DNA of 48,834 nucleotides from a virus: IMG/VR virus record IMGVR_UViG_3300005976_000005, positions 100,448 to 149,281 of that record; one strand, 5' to 3'. Shown piece by piece: positions 37,986 to 46,864 of this stretch (position 1 is its first letter; each line of letters starts with the position of its first letter). The notes under the pieces were generated by a model. It saw only the letters and a program-made list of their open reading frames with translations, ran no database searches and was not told where the DNA came from. The position numbers and the translations under genes were made by a program.

Positions 37986-38026
37986 AAATCCTCCAAAATA
38001 TTTATACTAATTCAGTTGTATTTATA
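37925..38026 (-). promoter_or_regulatory. Three TATAAATA late promoter motifs (37925-37932, 37999-38006, 38019-38026) upstream of the sheath gene
   Basis: Exact consensus three times in ~100 bp. Confidence 0.7.
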
Positions 38027-38032
38027 CTTTTA

Positions 38033-40216
38033 CTACAAATCTCCATCAAAAATAACTGAAGGCATCCATCTCGGATCAGCTTCACTATCTTTCTCTTCCC
38101 TCATGTCAGGGATATCATCTTCCCATTCACCAACACGAATATTATACTCGTCTTCAATTGACTTGGAATCATAGGTCCTTCCCTCAAAATCATCCGTTAT
38201 GATAAAGTAAAGAGCCCAAAGTAAAGAAGTAACACAATTATGAACAACAATTCCATCACATACAAAACTTTCATCCTCATCAACACTAATATTATATACT
38301 GTTCCTTTAAAATGACTTTTTTTGATTTGTTTTATATTCTTTGATTTTGATATTTTATGACTAACTTCAAAATTTGAAATTTCATTTATACTTTTACTAT
38401 TACAATTTCCGTTGTAATCATCATAAATTGTAACGTGATATTGATCCTTTTCATTTATTTTTTTCTTGTGAACGTGTTGGATGTTTGCTTTTTTGCCTAT
38501 TGAAATTGCTATATCTCTCATATCTAAAGCTAGCTTTTTACTAATAGTAGCCCCAACAAAACATTTAGAATGTTTACTTCTTTCACAAACATAACCGTCA
38601 CCTTTCAACCAATATTCTAATACATATTTTAAATCGTAACCTAATTTAAACGCATAAAAAGGTAATACTTTATTTCTTGAGTCGTCATAGCAATAACTCA
38701 TAAGATAATGTAATAATTTGTTTGCAAACTGAATTGTACAACCATTATTGTCTTTTTCAAATCTTAATGAAGTAGAAATTCCTAAAGAATTCAAATATTC
38801 TTTCATTTCCGTAATCAAGTCAGTGTGTTTTTTATCAAAAGCAATTGTCATTCTATAATGATATTTTTTACCATCTTTATAAGCGTGGCCATTTGCTAAA
38901 AATAAACCCAAAAACTTAGCAAAGTTATCATCCATTTTTATATCAATTTTCTTATTATTTCCCTTACTTTCAACATAGTCTTCATACAAATATTTTTCAT
39001 CTTCATTATCTTTCAGGGGCATTTTTACACTAATACACGATTGTTCATTCCAATCTCTAGCGAAGACCCAATCTCTATCCGATGTATAAATTGGATGATT
39101 ATAACTACAAGACAAATTCAATTGACCTTCGAATTTTATATCGTACCAATCACCATCAAATTCTTTTTCAATTAAATTTGTTACTTTTCTCCATCTTCCT
39201 TTGTGAGTCAAAACTTCGTCACCGATTACTACATCTACGATTGGTATATAACCTCTTTTAGTTTTGACTAAAGCATCTTTCTTAAAACAGTCATCATGGT
39301 CATGTCTTCCAGCAGCAAATACATTCGGTCTAACTTCCTCATATCTACTAAGCTCGTAAAGCGTCTTTTCATCGCATATAGAAAGTCTATCCTTTTCAAG
39401 ATACTCCTTCAATAACATGTTAGCTTTTAGCTTTGTCTTCTTTGTGCTTCTTATTCCAAGTCCCTTAGGATCAGCATTAATCAAATTCTCATATTCAAAC
39501 TCATGCCAAACTGAATCAGCAACAGTCTGTCCAATATCATTATTTTCAACCATCATATGAGCATTATTGTAATACTTTGCTACAGAGACACATACTTGAG
39601 CGAAGTCATGTGGTCTTATCAAGTTGTTTCTATAAATTGCCACCTGTTCAACATCAAATTCATTCTTTATACGAAGAACCTGAATAACAGAATAATCCTT
39701 TCCGGTTCCTTTCGCAGTATCTACACCAAGCACATATTCACCACCAGGCACAGGCTGCTTAAATATAGAAAGAAGTCCTTCCCACTTTGTAGCAACTGGG
39801 TCCTTGAAATGTATTCTCTCAAGCACATCGGAGTCAATAAGAGTTGACTGACTTCCAAGAAACTTACAATTCTTACTAACAATATCATTTGTATAATAAG
39901 AATTATCGGAAGATTCTACTTCAAGAAGAGTATAAACTTTTTCTTTCTTTTTGTTTAATTCAACCTTAACTATTTCTTTTAATCCATCTTTTGTTTCTAA
40001 AACATCTCCTTCAAGAAGATACTTGGCAATTTCTTCGTTCCCGTTTATAATAAATGTATGGTCAGTGGAAACTTCAATTACATTACCATCTTCCAAAGTA
40101 AATTTAAGAATTTGAACTTCTTCTTCAATTTCACCAACCCCAGCAAAAGGTTTAAATCCTTCTGGTGTTTCAACTTCATAACTATTCAATAATTTCGTGT
40201 TTGTTTTTAAACTCAT
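38033..40216 (-). CDS. terL: Terminase large subunit part 3 (nuclease domain): N-terminal C-intein half plus an internal LAGLIDADG intein
   Basis: IntC ends SKN|CKFLGSQSTLI; YVLGVDTAKGTGKDYS, VENNDIG, HDD|intein|CVTSLLWA. Confidence 0.92.
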   Translation of the reverse strand: MSLKTNTKLLNSYEVETPEGFKPFAGVGEIEEEVQILKFTLEDGNVIEVSTDHTFIINGNEEIAKYLLEGDVLETKDGLKEIVKVELNKKKEKVYTLLEVESSDNSYYTNDIVSKNCKFLGSQSTLIDSDVLERIHFKDPVATKWEGLLSIFKQPVPGGEYVLGVDTAKGTGKDYSVIQVLRIKNEFDVEQVAIYRNNLIRPHDFAQVCVSVAKYYNNAHMMVENNDIGQTVADSVWHEFEYENLINADPKGLGIRSTKKTKLKANMLLKEYLEKDRLSICDEKTLYELSRYEEVRPNVFAAGRHDHDDCFKKDALVKTKRGYIPIVDVVIGDEVLTHKGRWRKVTNLIEKEFDGDWYDIKFEGQLNLSCSYNHPIYTSDRDWVFARDWNEQSCISVKMPLKDNEDEKYLYEDYVESKGNNKKIDIKMDDNFAKFLGLFLANGHAYKDGKKYHYRMTIAFDKKHTDLITEMKEYLNSLGISTSLRFEKDNNGCTIQFANKLLHYLMSYCYDDSRNKVLPFYAFKLGYDLKYVLEYWLKGDGYVCERSKHSKCFVGATISKKLALDMRDIAISIGKKANIQHVHKKKINEKDQYHVTIYDDYNGNCNSKSINEISNFEVSHKISKSKNIKQIKKSHFKGTVYNISVDEDESFVCDGIVVHNCVTSLLWALYFIITDDFEGRTYDSKSIEDEYNIRVGEWEDDIPDMREEKDSEADPRWMPSVIFDGDL
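38237..39289 (-). mobile_element. Contiguous intein with LAGLIDADG domain (351 aa)
   Basis: CFKKDALVKT...NHPIY...FLGLFLANG...YWLKGDG...VYNISV...VVHN|C. Confidence 0.92.
39869..40216 (-). mobile_element. Split intein 2, C-fragment (116 aa)
   Basis: YEVETPEGF, block B STDHTF, VYTLLEV..YYTNDIVSKN|C. Confidence 0.88.
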
Positions 40217-41675
40217 ATTTTATACTTCCACTATCATATATTCTATAAATATTTCTTTCTAACATAATCTGATGTTCTGATTTATTAACATCGAAACCCT
40301 GTTCAACTAAAACATTTTTACGATATTTAAATCTATTTTCTCTAATTCCTTTATTCACATAATAGTAATTTGGTTGTGTGATACAATGTAATTTAAAACC
40401 TAAATTATCATATAAAGTTTTACCATTATTCATTGTCCAACTTCTGTCAGCATAACTAATAATAGAACTAAACGTATAATTATTTATAAAATACTTAAAC
40501 AACTTATTAGCACCACCAACAACAGAAGTATTTATCTTGTTACAAAACCTTAACAATTCATATAAACCTTCTTTTGATTGTTGTCCTAAACATTTTCTTA
40601 ATTTACCAAAAGTCATTAAAGAAACTAATTCGTTTTCATAATAAAGTCCCAATCTAATTTTAGATATACAATTACCTTGAATATGATTTTTTTCGAGAAA
40701 TTCTCTACTTTCTTTATATGAGACTTCTTTTATTTCAGTCTTTCTTGCAAAAATCTTTTTAGATTTACCAAGTAAATTAAGTATCCTAGACTTAACAATA
40801 TCTTGTTTATATGTCCAGTCGTCTTCATATATGTGTATTAAATGGATTTCTTTATCATTCAACTCACATTTTAAAGTTTTATCTAAATGATAATTTTTAT
40901 GAACAAATTTTTCAGAGTGCCAATATAATCCATTAAATTCAAAAGCCAATTTTAAATCTGGTAAATAAACATCTAATTCATATGGGTTAATAATATTTTT
41001 TACATTTACCAACACTTCACCAAAATAATTTTTTTCAATAAATTTTAAAAAATCCTTTTCAACATTAGAAAAATTAGCGTTACATTTTGGACAACCTCTA
41101 TTATATCTCAAATGATTAGATGGTAATTGTTCAAATTCACCATGTACTAAACAAACTATTTTGACATTTTTATGAGTTTTAATATATTCTACTTTTGAAT
41201 AATCATACTTATCACCATGTACTTCTCTTGCTTTTTTAATAAAATATTCATTATTCATTGGTTGACATTGAGTCTTATTTAACATTCCACATTTTTTACA
41301 ACCAAATTTTCTTGGAATATGTTTAGAAGGCGATTGCCAAAATTCACCATGTTCTGGACAAATTATACAAACTTTAGTATGATAATTAATATATTCAACT
41401 TTACTATAGTCATATTTATCATTATGTACTTCTCTTGCTTTTTTAATAAATTCATTTTTATTCATTTTTAATTTTCTTTTTCTTTCTTCTTTTGCACATA
41501 TTTTACAACCCTTTCCCCTCAAATGATTATTCGGATTCTGTTTAAATTCTAAATCATGCTTTTTACATATTATTACTATTTTACTTTTATAATTCACATT
41601 ATTATCCAACAAAGAATAATCATACTTTTCACCATGAATCTTTTTTGCCTTTTTAATAAACAATTCTCTTTTCAT
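40182..41675 (-). CDS. Hef-like free-standing homing endonuclease
   Basis: Three Zn-ribbon repeats, ELDVYLPDLKLAFEFNGLYWHS, same C-terminal domain as 34093-35775. Confidence 0.85.
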   Translation of the reverse strand: MKRELFIKKAKKIHGEKYDYSLLDNNVNYKSKIVIICKKHDLEFKQNPNNHLRGKGCKICAKEERKRKLKMNKNEFIKKAREVHNDKYDYSKVEYINYHTKVCIICPEHGEFWQSPSKHIPRKFGCKKCGMLNKTQCQPMNNEYFIKKAREVHGDKYDYSKVEYIKTHKNVKIVCLVHGEFEQLPSNHLRYNRGCPKCNANFSNVEKDFLKFIEKNYFGEVLVNVKNIINPYELDVYLPDLKLAFEFNGLYWHSEKFVHKNYHLDKTLKCELNDKEIHLIHIYEDDWTYKQDIVKSRILNLLGKSKKIFARKTEIKEVSYKESREFLEKNHIQGNCISKIRLGLYYENELVSLMTFGKLRKCLGQQSKEGLYELLRFCNKINTSVVGGANKLFKYFINNYTFSSIISYADRSWTMNNGKTLYDNLGFKLHCITQPNYYYVNKGIRENRFKYRKNVLVEQGFDVNKSEHQIMLERNIYRIYDSGSIKYEFKNKHEIIE

Positions 41676-41722
41676 TTATAAACTCCTTAAAAAACAAATC
41701 TTTAATTGTTCCTTTTGTATAT

Positions 41723-41752
41723 ATTATAATTTTGTAAATAAAAAAAAGTCAA
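41723..41752 (-). promoter_or_regulatory. Sigma70-like promoter of the endonuclease gene
   Basis: TTGACT-18 nt-TATAAT (the spacer contains a T8 run). Confidence 0.65.
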
Positions 41753-41815
41753 CTTTAACAAATTATTTACTTTTAATATCTCTAAAGTAAATTTTAAAAT
41801 TTAAACTTCTTCCTA

Positions 41816-41896
41816 GTGTTTCAACTTCATAACTATTCAATAATTTCGTGTTTGTTTTTAAACTCATATTTTATACTTCCACTATCATATATTCTA
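41816..41896. repeat. 81-bp exact duplicate of 40165-40245 (endonuclease 3' end plus first 17 codons of the C-intein)
   Basis: Encodes MSLKTNTKLLNSYEVET from ATG 41867, then diverges. Confidence 0.9.
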
Positions 41897-43311
41897 AATA
41901 AACCTCTTTTTAACATTATTTCATGTTCTGATTTATTAACATCGAAACCCTGTTCAACTAAAACATTTTTACGATATTTGAATCTTCCTTCACGTCTCCT
42001 ATTAACAATATAATAATAATTTGATTTTGAAATATGATATAACTTAAAACCAATCTTATCATACAATGTATTACCATTATTCATTGTCCAACTTCTGTCA
42101 GCATAACTTATAACTTCTTTTGGAGTAAACTCTCGAAGAAAATGTTTAAACAATTTTTGAGCACCACCAACAACCGTAGTGTTTAGCTTATTACAAAATC
42201 TAATTAGTTCGAACAATCCTTTTCCACTTTTATTACCCAAACATTTTCTTAATTTACCAAAAGTCATTAAAGACACTAATTCATTATCATAATAAAGTCC
42301 CAATCTAATCTTAGATACACAATTTCCCTGTATGTGATTTTTTTCGAGAAATTCTTTTGAATCTTTATATGAGACTTCTTTTATTTCAGTCTTTCTTGCA
42401 AAAATCTTTTTAGATTTACCAAGTAAATTAAGTATTCTTGATTTAACTATATCTTGTTTAAAAACCCAATCGTCTTCGTAAATATGTACTAAGTGAATTC
42501 CTTTTTCTTCACATTTATTAGTTTTATCTAAATGATAATTTTTATCTTTATATTTTTCATTATGCCATTCAATTCCATTAAATTCGAATGCAATTTTTAA
42601 ATCAGGTAAATAAATATCTAATTCTTTACCTTTTAAAATATTTCTATCATTTAATAATATTAAGCCTGTGTAATTTATTTTAATAAAATCTTTCAATTCA
42701 TTCTCTAATTTAGAAATTCCATCAAAACCAAAAGGATTACATATTAAACAAATGTTTTCTTTATTTCTATATCTATCATATAAAATTTGAGAATCTAATT
42801 CAAAAAATTGTTTACATACTTCACAATAATATCTAACTTCAGATTTATTTAAATATTCAACTAAACTAATTTTTTGACCCAATTCATTTATTATATTATT
42901 AATATTTTGTATTGCTTTAGCTTTATTTCTTATTTTAGCTTTATTAATTGATTTAGAAATTTTACCAGCAGAATTTACTCCATATTTTTTTAAACAAGTC
43001 TTTTTTCTCTTTTCATTTTCTTTATCAACATCTCTCGTTTTAAAAGATTCAATAATTTTATTTCTAACATATTCAGACTTTTGTTGATGCTTTAAACAAC
43101 AAAATTTAGCATATCCTTTATAATAACCATAAAACTTAGTTTCTTTTCCACAATGTAAACATCTTCCTTCATCTTCTTTTCTAATACATTTATCATAATA
43201 TTCTTTCATATTCATATTATGATTTGGTTTAAGATGATATCTACTGAAACTATCAATTGTTAAATTGGTCTGAGTATTACAAATCTTACAAAATATTCTT
43301 TCTTTTTCCAT
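41833..43311 (-). CDS. Hef-like free-standing homing endonuclease with a different N-terminal Zn-binding region
   Basis: CKIC..HLKPNH, CLHC..FCC, KKTCLKKYGV, then ELDIYLPDLKIAFEFNGIEWH and the shared C-terminal domain. Confidence 0.85.
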   Translation of the reverse strand: MEKERIFCKICNTQTNLTIDSFSRYHLKPNHNMNMKEYYDKCIRKEDEGRCLHCGKETKFYGYYKGYAKFCCLKHQQKSEYVRNKIIESFKTRDVDKENEKRKKTCLKKYGVNSAGKISKSINKAKIRNKAKAIQNINNIINELGQKISLVEYLNKSEVRYYCEVCKQFFELDSQILYDRYRNKENICLICNPFGFDGISKLENELKDFIKINYTGLILLNDRNILKGKELDIYLPDLKIAFEFNGIEWHNEKYKDKNYHLDKTNKCEEKGIHLVHIYEDDWVFKQDIVKSRILNLLGKSKKIFARKTEIKEVSYKDSKEFLEKNHIQGNCVSKIRLGLYYDNELVSLMTFGKLRKCLGNKSGKGLFELIRFCNKLNTTVVGGAQKLFKHFLREFTPKEVISYADRSWTMNNGNTLYDKIGFKLYHISKSNYYYIVNRRREGRFKYRKNVLVEQGFDVNKSEHEIMLKRGLFRIYDSGSIKYEFKNKHEIIE

Positions 43312-43322
43312 TTTGGACTCCT

Positions 43323-43398
43323 TATAAATAAATTTTAGAGGGACAGACAGGCCAATTGGACTCGCCTGTTTGCAGAATTGCCGTTCTGCTTACCTCTA
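43323..43398 (+). ncRNA. Candidate small antisense RNA (three-way junction) behind a plus-strand TATAAATA
   Basis: TATAAATA at 43323-43330; TAGAGG/CCTCTA, CAGACAGGC/GCCTGTTTG and GCAGAA/TTCTGC stems; loop TTGGACTC is complementary to the endonuclease RBS region GAGTCCAA. Confidence 0.5.
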
Positions 43399-43400
43399 TA

Positions 43401-45725
43401 TTATTTATCTTTAAATAAATCTCCTATTTTCAATTTTTTTATCAAATTTGTCTCTCTATCTCTAATATTTATAATAGTTTCTGATTTTACACAAGAAAAT
43501 TCTTGGGCAAATCTAATAGGTCCAATATCAGCAATCATCTCTTCCTTCCACTCTTCATCTCTACCAGGAACTTCCCACCAACCAACACGAATAGGAAAGA
43601 AGTTGTTTGACTTTTCCTTTCTTACTGCCTTTGACCAGAACTCATAAAAGTGGTTCAAACCTTTGGGAGTTTGATGTCCGACATATCCGTTGTATAAAAC
43701 TGAATGACACCATTTATCATCTTCAATATGATTCAATGAAAAATCAAAAACTTCATTCTCAGATTCTTCAATAGAATTTATTTTAAACCATTTTAAATCA
43801 CTTCTAACATTATTTTCAATAAAAATTTTCAATTTATCATTTTCAGAATCAAGTATTTCTTTTTTTCTTTTCAATAAATATTTTCTCGAAAAAACCTTTT
43901 TACCAACTCCATTATTAAACAAATTCATTTTACGAACTTCATTAGAATAATTTTCTTTAATAATTTCTCTCGAAAATGGAATTATATCATGACTATTTCT
44001 AGTTCCTTTAAAATCAAGAAATTTTAAATTATTTTGTTTTCTTTCAAAATTAAATCCAACTAAATTATAAAATTTTAATGAATTTTCTTTATCCATCAAT
44101 AATCTATAATTTTTAGTTATTTTTTTAACTTTTTTAGTTGGTTTTGTATCAATTTCTAAATAATCAGTAATAATTCCTAAATTTAATAATAACATTTTAA
44201 TTTGTAATATCATTTTTTTTGAATTCATAGAAATTCCAACAATACCATTATCTTTTCTTGAGTAACCATCTCCATCAAAAATTCCAGATAACATTGCTAA
44301 AATGTTTTTCTTACTCATCGAAAGAAGTTTATTTGGAATATATTTTTCTTCAGCCTTTAATTTTAAATTAAACCCAATATGCTCTAAAAATAAAACTAAG
44401 TCCTTACACATAATATTATAATGAAACTTACCATCAAAATAATAACTTAAACCCAAATCATCTAAATATTTCTTTACATTATCTCCACATGTAATAGTTA
44501 CAGAACCCCCAACAAATATATCATTCTCATTATATTTTTTATAGACATTACCTTTCGCCAAAAATAAACCCAAAAAATAAGCCAATTTCTCATTTATTTT
44601 TTTACATTCGAAAATATTTTTAAATCTATTTGATTTTTCTGAATTAAAACCCACAAAATCATCATTACCCCAAACATTCATACCATATTTAATAGAAATA
44701 AAATCTCCAACATCTAAATCAGATGATTTATACCAACCATATTTTCCATTTTTACATGCCCACAATTTATGATTTTTAGAGCATTCTAATTTTCCAAAAG
44801 TTGTTTTTAAAATATTAGTCTTAACACGTCCACTATTATACATAGTAATACCTTTTCTAAGACCACCCATACCAACAACTTTATACTCTGGAACATCATA
44901 TGATTCTTCTCTATTTTCATCAATAAAGTTTTCAACAGTTCTAATACCTTTATCAGTAAACACAAAAGTATCTTTAGTAACGCAAGAAATCATTATTATC
45001 TTACAAGTTTTACCACTTGATATAACAGGATAAGTTGATGTGATGAATTCTTCTGCTACGTGTGCTGGTACCTTTGCGAACTCATCAAGGAAAAGAAGGT
45101 TGACCATCAATGATGTAAGAGCTTCAGCAGATGTTGCTGATGCTATTATTCTTGAACCATTTTCAAAAACAACAGACTTCTTATTCCATCCATCATCTGT
45201 CAATCCCTGTTGTAACCAAAGAGGTAGCATTCCAATAGCCATTTTAATTCTCTTCAAGATATCAATTGCGGCATCTTGTTTATGAGCAACAATAGCTACC
45301 GTTTTGTCTTTATTAAACAATGCGTACCAAAGAAGGAATATTGTTGAAATAGTCGTATTATGTGAAAGTATTCCGTTTGTAAATAATGTATGATTCTTTG
45401 AATTAACTGTCAAATCAAACATTTCTTCTGGTTCAACTCTTAACTTTTCAACAGATATAATTTTTTGTAAACCAGACTTCGTAATAACTTTATCATCTTT
45501 AGTTAAATCTTTTACAAATTTTTCTTTCATCCCTTCAACCATTACAATATGATCGTCTGCACATTTAAGACTATATGATAATGTCTTTAGCTCCCAAACA
45601 TCATATTTAACAGTTTTATGTAAATGAGTTATATCTTTCCAACCATCTTCAGTTTCAATTTCCCATTCATCTAATTCAAAAGATTCATTAAATTTTTCAT
45701 CTGTAGGTTCTATCTGTTTAATCAT
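43401..45725 (-). CDS. terL: Terminase large subunit part 2 (ATPase core): C-intein half, extein, LAGLIDADG intein, extein, N-intein half
   Basis: HN|TTISTIFLLWYALF, FENGSRI, Walker B LLFLDEFA, IIMIS|intein|TPKGLNHFY, RFAQEFS|CVKSET. Confidence 0.92.
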   Translation of the reverse strand: MIKQIEPTDEKFNESFELDEWEIETEDGWKDITHLHKTVKYDVWELKTLSYSLKCADDHIVMVEGMKEKFVKDLTKDDKVITKSGLQKIISVEKLRVEPEEMFDLTVNSKNHTLFTNGILSHNTTISTIFLLWYALFNKDKTVAIVAHKQDAAIDILKRIKMAIGMLPLWLQQGLTDDGWNKKSVVFENGSRIIASATSAEALTSLMVNLLFLDEFAKVPAHVAEEFITSTYPVISSGKTCKIIMISCVTKDTFVFTDKGIRTVENFIDENREESYDVPEYKVVGMGGLRKGITMYNSGRVKTNILKTTFGKLECSKNHKLWACKNGKYGWYKSSDLDVGDFISIKYGMNVWGNDDFVGFNSEKSNRFKNIFECKKINEKLAYFLGLFLAKGNVYKKYNENDIFVGGSVTITCGDNVKKYLDDLGLSYYFDGKFHYNIMCKDLVLFLEHIGFNLKLKAEEKYIPNKLLSMSKKNILAMLSGIFDGDGYSRKDNGIVGISMNSKKMILQIKMLLLNLGIITDYLEIDTKPTKKVKKITKNYRLLMDKENSLKFYNLVGFNFERKQNNLKFLDFKGTRNSHDIIPFSREIIKENYSNEVRKMNLFNNGVGKKVFSRKYLLKRKKEILDSENDKLKIFIENNVRSDLKWFKINSIEESENEVFDFSLNHIEDDKWCHSVLYNGYVGHQTPKGLNHFYEFWSKAVRKEKSNNFFPIRVGWWEVPGRDEEWKEEMIADIGPIRFAQEFSCVKSETIINIRDRETNLIKKLKIGDLFKDK
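43404..43493 (-). mobile_element. Split intein 2, N-fragment (30 aa)
   Basis: CVKSETIINIRDRETNLIKKLKIGDLFKDK* (block A only). Confidence 0.88.
43671..44984 (-). mobile_element. Contiguous LAGLIDADG intein (438 aa) ending in Gln
   Basis: CVTKDTFVFT...SKNHKLW...FLGLFLAKG...LSGIFDGDG...VFDFSL...YVGHQ|T. Confidence 0.92.
45357..45725 (-). mobile_element. Split intein 1, C-fragment (123 aa)
   Basis: WEIETEDGW, block B CADDHIV, MFDLTV..FTNGILSHN|T. Confidence 0.9.
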
Positions 45726-45960
45726 TTAAAAACTCCAAACAGTCTTTTATTACTTTTTCAGGATTGTCTTTATAATCTTTTTTTCTTCAAATTTCTTTAT
45801 CCATTTATCTTGTCTCTCTTGCCATCTTTTTAAACCTTCTTCTTTACCATACTTTTTAATACAAATTTCTTTGCTAAATGTAGTCTGTCTTTCTTTAACT
45901 TTTTACGTAGATTCCTCTTCAGTAAATCCTTTCTTAATCCAATATTCAACCCAAAATGAC
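45719..45960 (-). pseudogene. Decayed Vsr-like endonuclease relic between the halves of split intein 1
   Basis: FWVEYWIKKGFTEEEST*KVKERQTTFSKEICIKKYGKEEGLKRWQERQDKW plus out-of-frame KDYKDNPEKVIKDCLEFLND*. Confidence 0.7.
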
Positions 45961-45977
45961 AAAAAAATATAAAAAAA

Positions 45978-46340
45978 CTAAGATTTTTTTATCTTATCAT
46001 AAAATTCACCAACAGATATTTCTTTAATTTCTCCAGTTTTTTTATTCCTAACCTTTATGTGATTGTTTTCACAAAAACATTTGCCACTTTGTCTGGCTAT
46101 CTTAACGACACAATGCTTCTTACCACCCGGATTCTCTACGTAAGCTTTCAGAACCTTTTTCTGCCAGTCGTAAAGTGTTATCTTCTCTTTACCTCTATCA
46201 GGGTGAATTATGTAGAAATATTTCTCAGAAAAATATATGATATCTTGACTACATCTAATTAGTTCGTTTATCATATCTTGCGTGTAGTCTACCTTCTCTC
46301 CTGATCTTCTTAAGTTGGCATTACCTTGAAACATAATCAA
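45978..46340 (-). CDS. terL: Terminase large subunit part 1 (to the Walker A Lys) plus N-intein half
   Basis: FQGNANLRR..CSQDIIYF..LYDWQ..ARQSGK|CFCENN; likely ATG at 46334. Confidence 0.92.
   Translation of the reverse strand: MIMFQGNANLRRSGEKVDYTQDMINELIRCSQDIIYFSEKYFYIIHPDRGKEKITLYDWQKKVLKAYVENPGGKKHCVVKIARQSGKCFCENNHIKVRNKKTGEIKEISVGEFYDKIKKS
45981..46079 (-). mobile_element. Split intein 1, N-fragment (33 aa)
   Basis: CFCENNHIKVRNKKTGEIKEISVGEFYDKIKKS*. Confidence 0.9.
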
Positions 46341-46852
46341 TCATCCTTTCTATTTGGAATGTTTTCATTTTCTACTTCAAAATCTGCTTCTATAGCATTC
46401 ATCTCACTTCTTTCACTTGCCTTGTTTATCATATCAAGCAACTGCTCAGAACTCAGTGATATCTTGTTGTTCCCAATATCCTCAATATCTACTTGTCCTG
46501 TTTTAACATGAGCCTCAAATATGCTCTTGTTAAGTTCAAGAAGTGAGTTGTATAGTTTTCCGATTGACTCTATTAGTTTAGAGTAAACTTCTATCTTCCT
46601 ATTGTCACATCCAATCTTTATATCCTGCTCGACCTTATATTGAACCGTCCTAGTTGACATAATCAACGTTCTCAATTCACTTCTTATAAAATCCTCGTCC
46701 TGGAAAACAGCAGGGTTCTTAGCTTGAGCTTTGACAATCTCCTTTCTATTCTCTATTGTTTGAATATCATTCTTGACTAACTCAACCTCTTTGTCAAATT
46801 TTTCTTCTTCTTTTATGTCGAACGCGCTTGTTAATCCTTCAAATCCTTCCAT
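46337..46852 (-). CDS. terS: Terminase small subunit (gp16-like)
   Basis: Directly upstream of terL; helical NRKIEVYSKLIESIGKLYNSLLELNK..LSSEQLLDMI pattern; ATG at 46852 after GGAG. Confidence 0.65.
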   Translation of the reverse strand: MEGFEGLTSAFDIKEEEKFDKEVELVKNDIQTIENRKEIVKAQAKNPAVFQDEDFIRSELRTLIMSTRTVQYKVEQDIKIGCDNRKIEVYSKLIESIGKLYNSLLELNKSIFEAHVKTGQVDIEDIGNNKISLSSEQLLDMINKASERSEMNAIEADFEVENENIPNRKDD

Positions 46853-46864
46853 AATAAACACTCC

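Noticed and set aside
40217-45977. Group I/II introns as the explanation for the interrupted terL
   Set aside because: Each break is flanked by complementary intein halves with their own stop and start codons, and no intron core structure was recognised in the gaps
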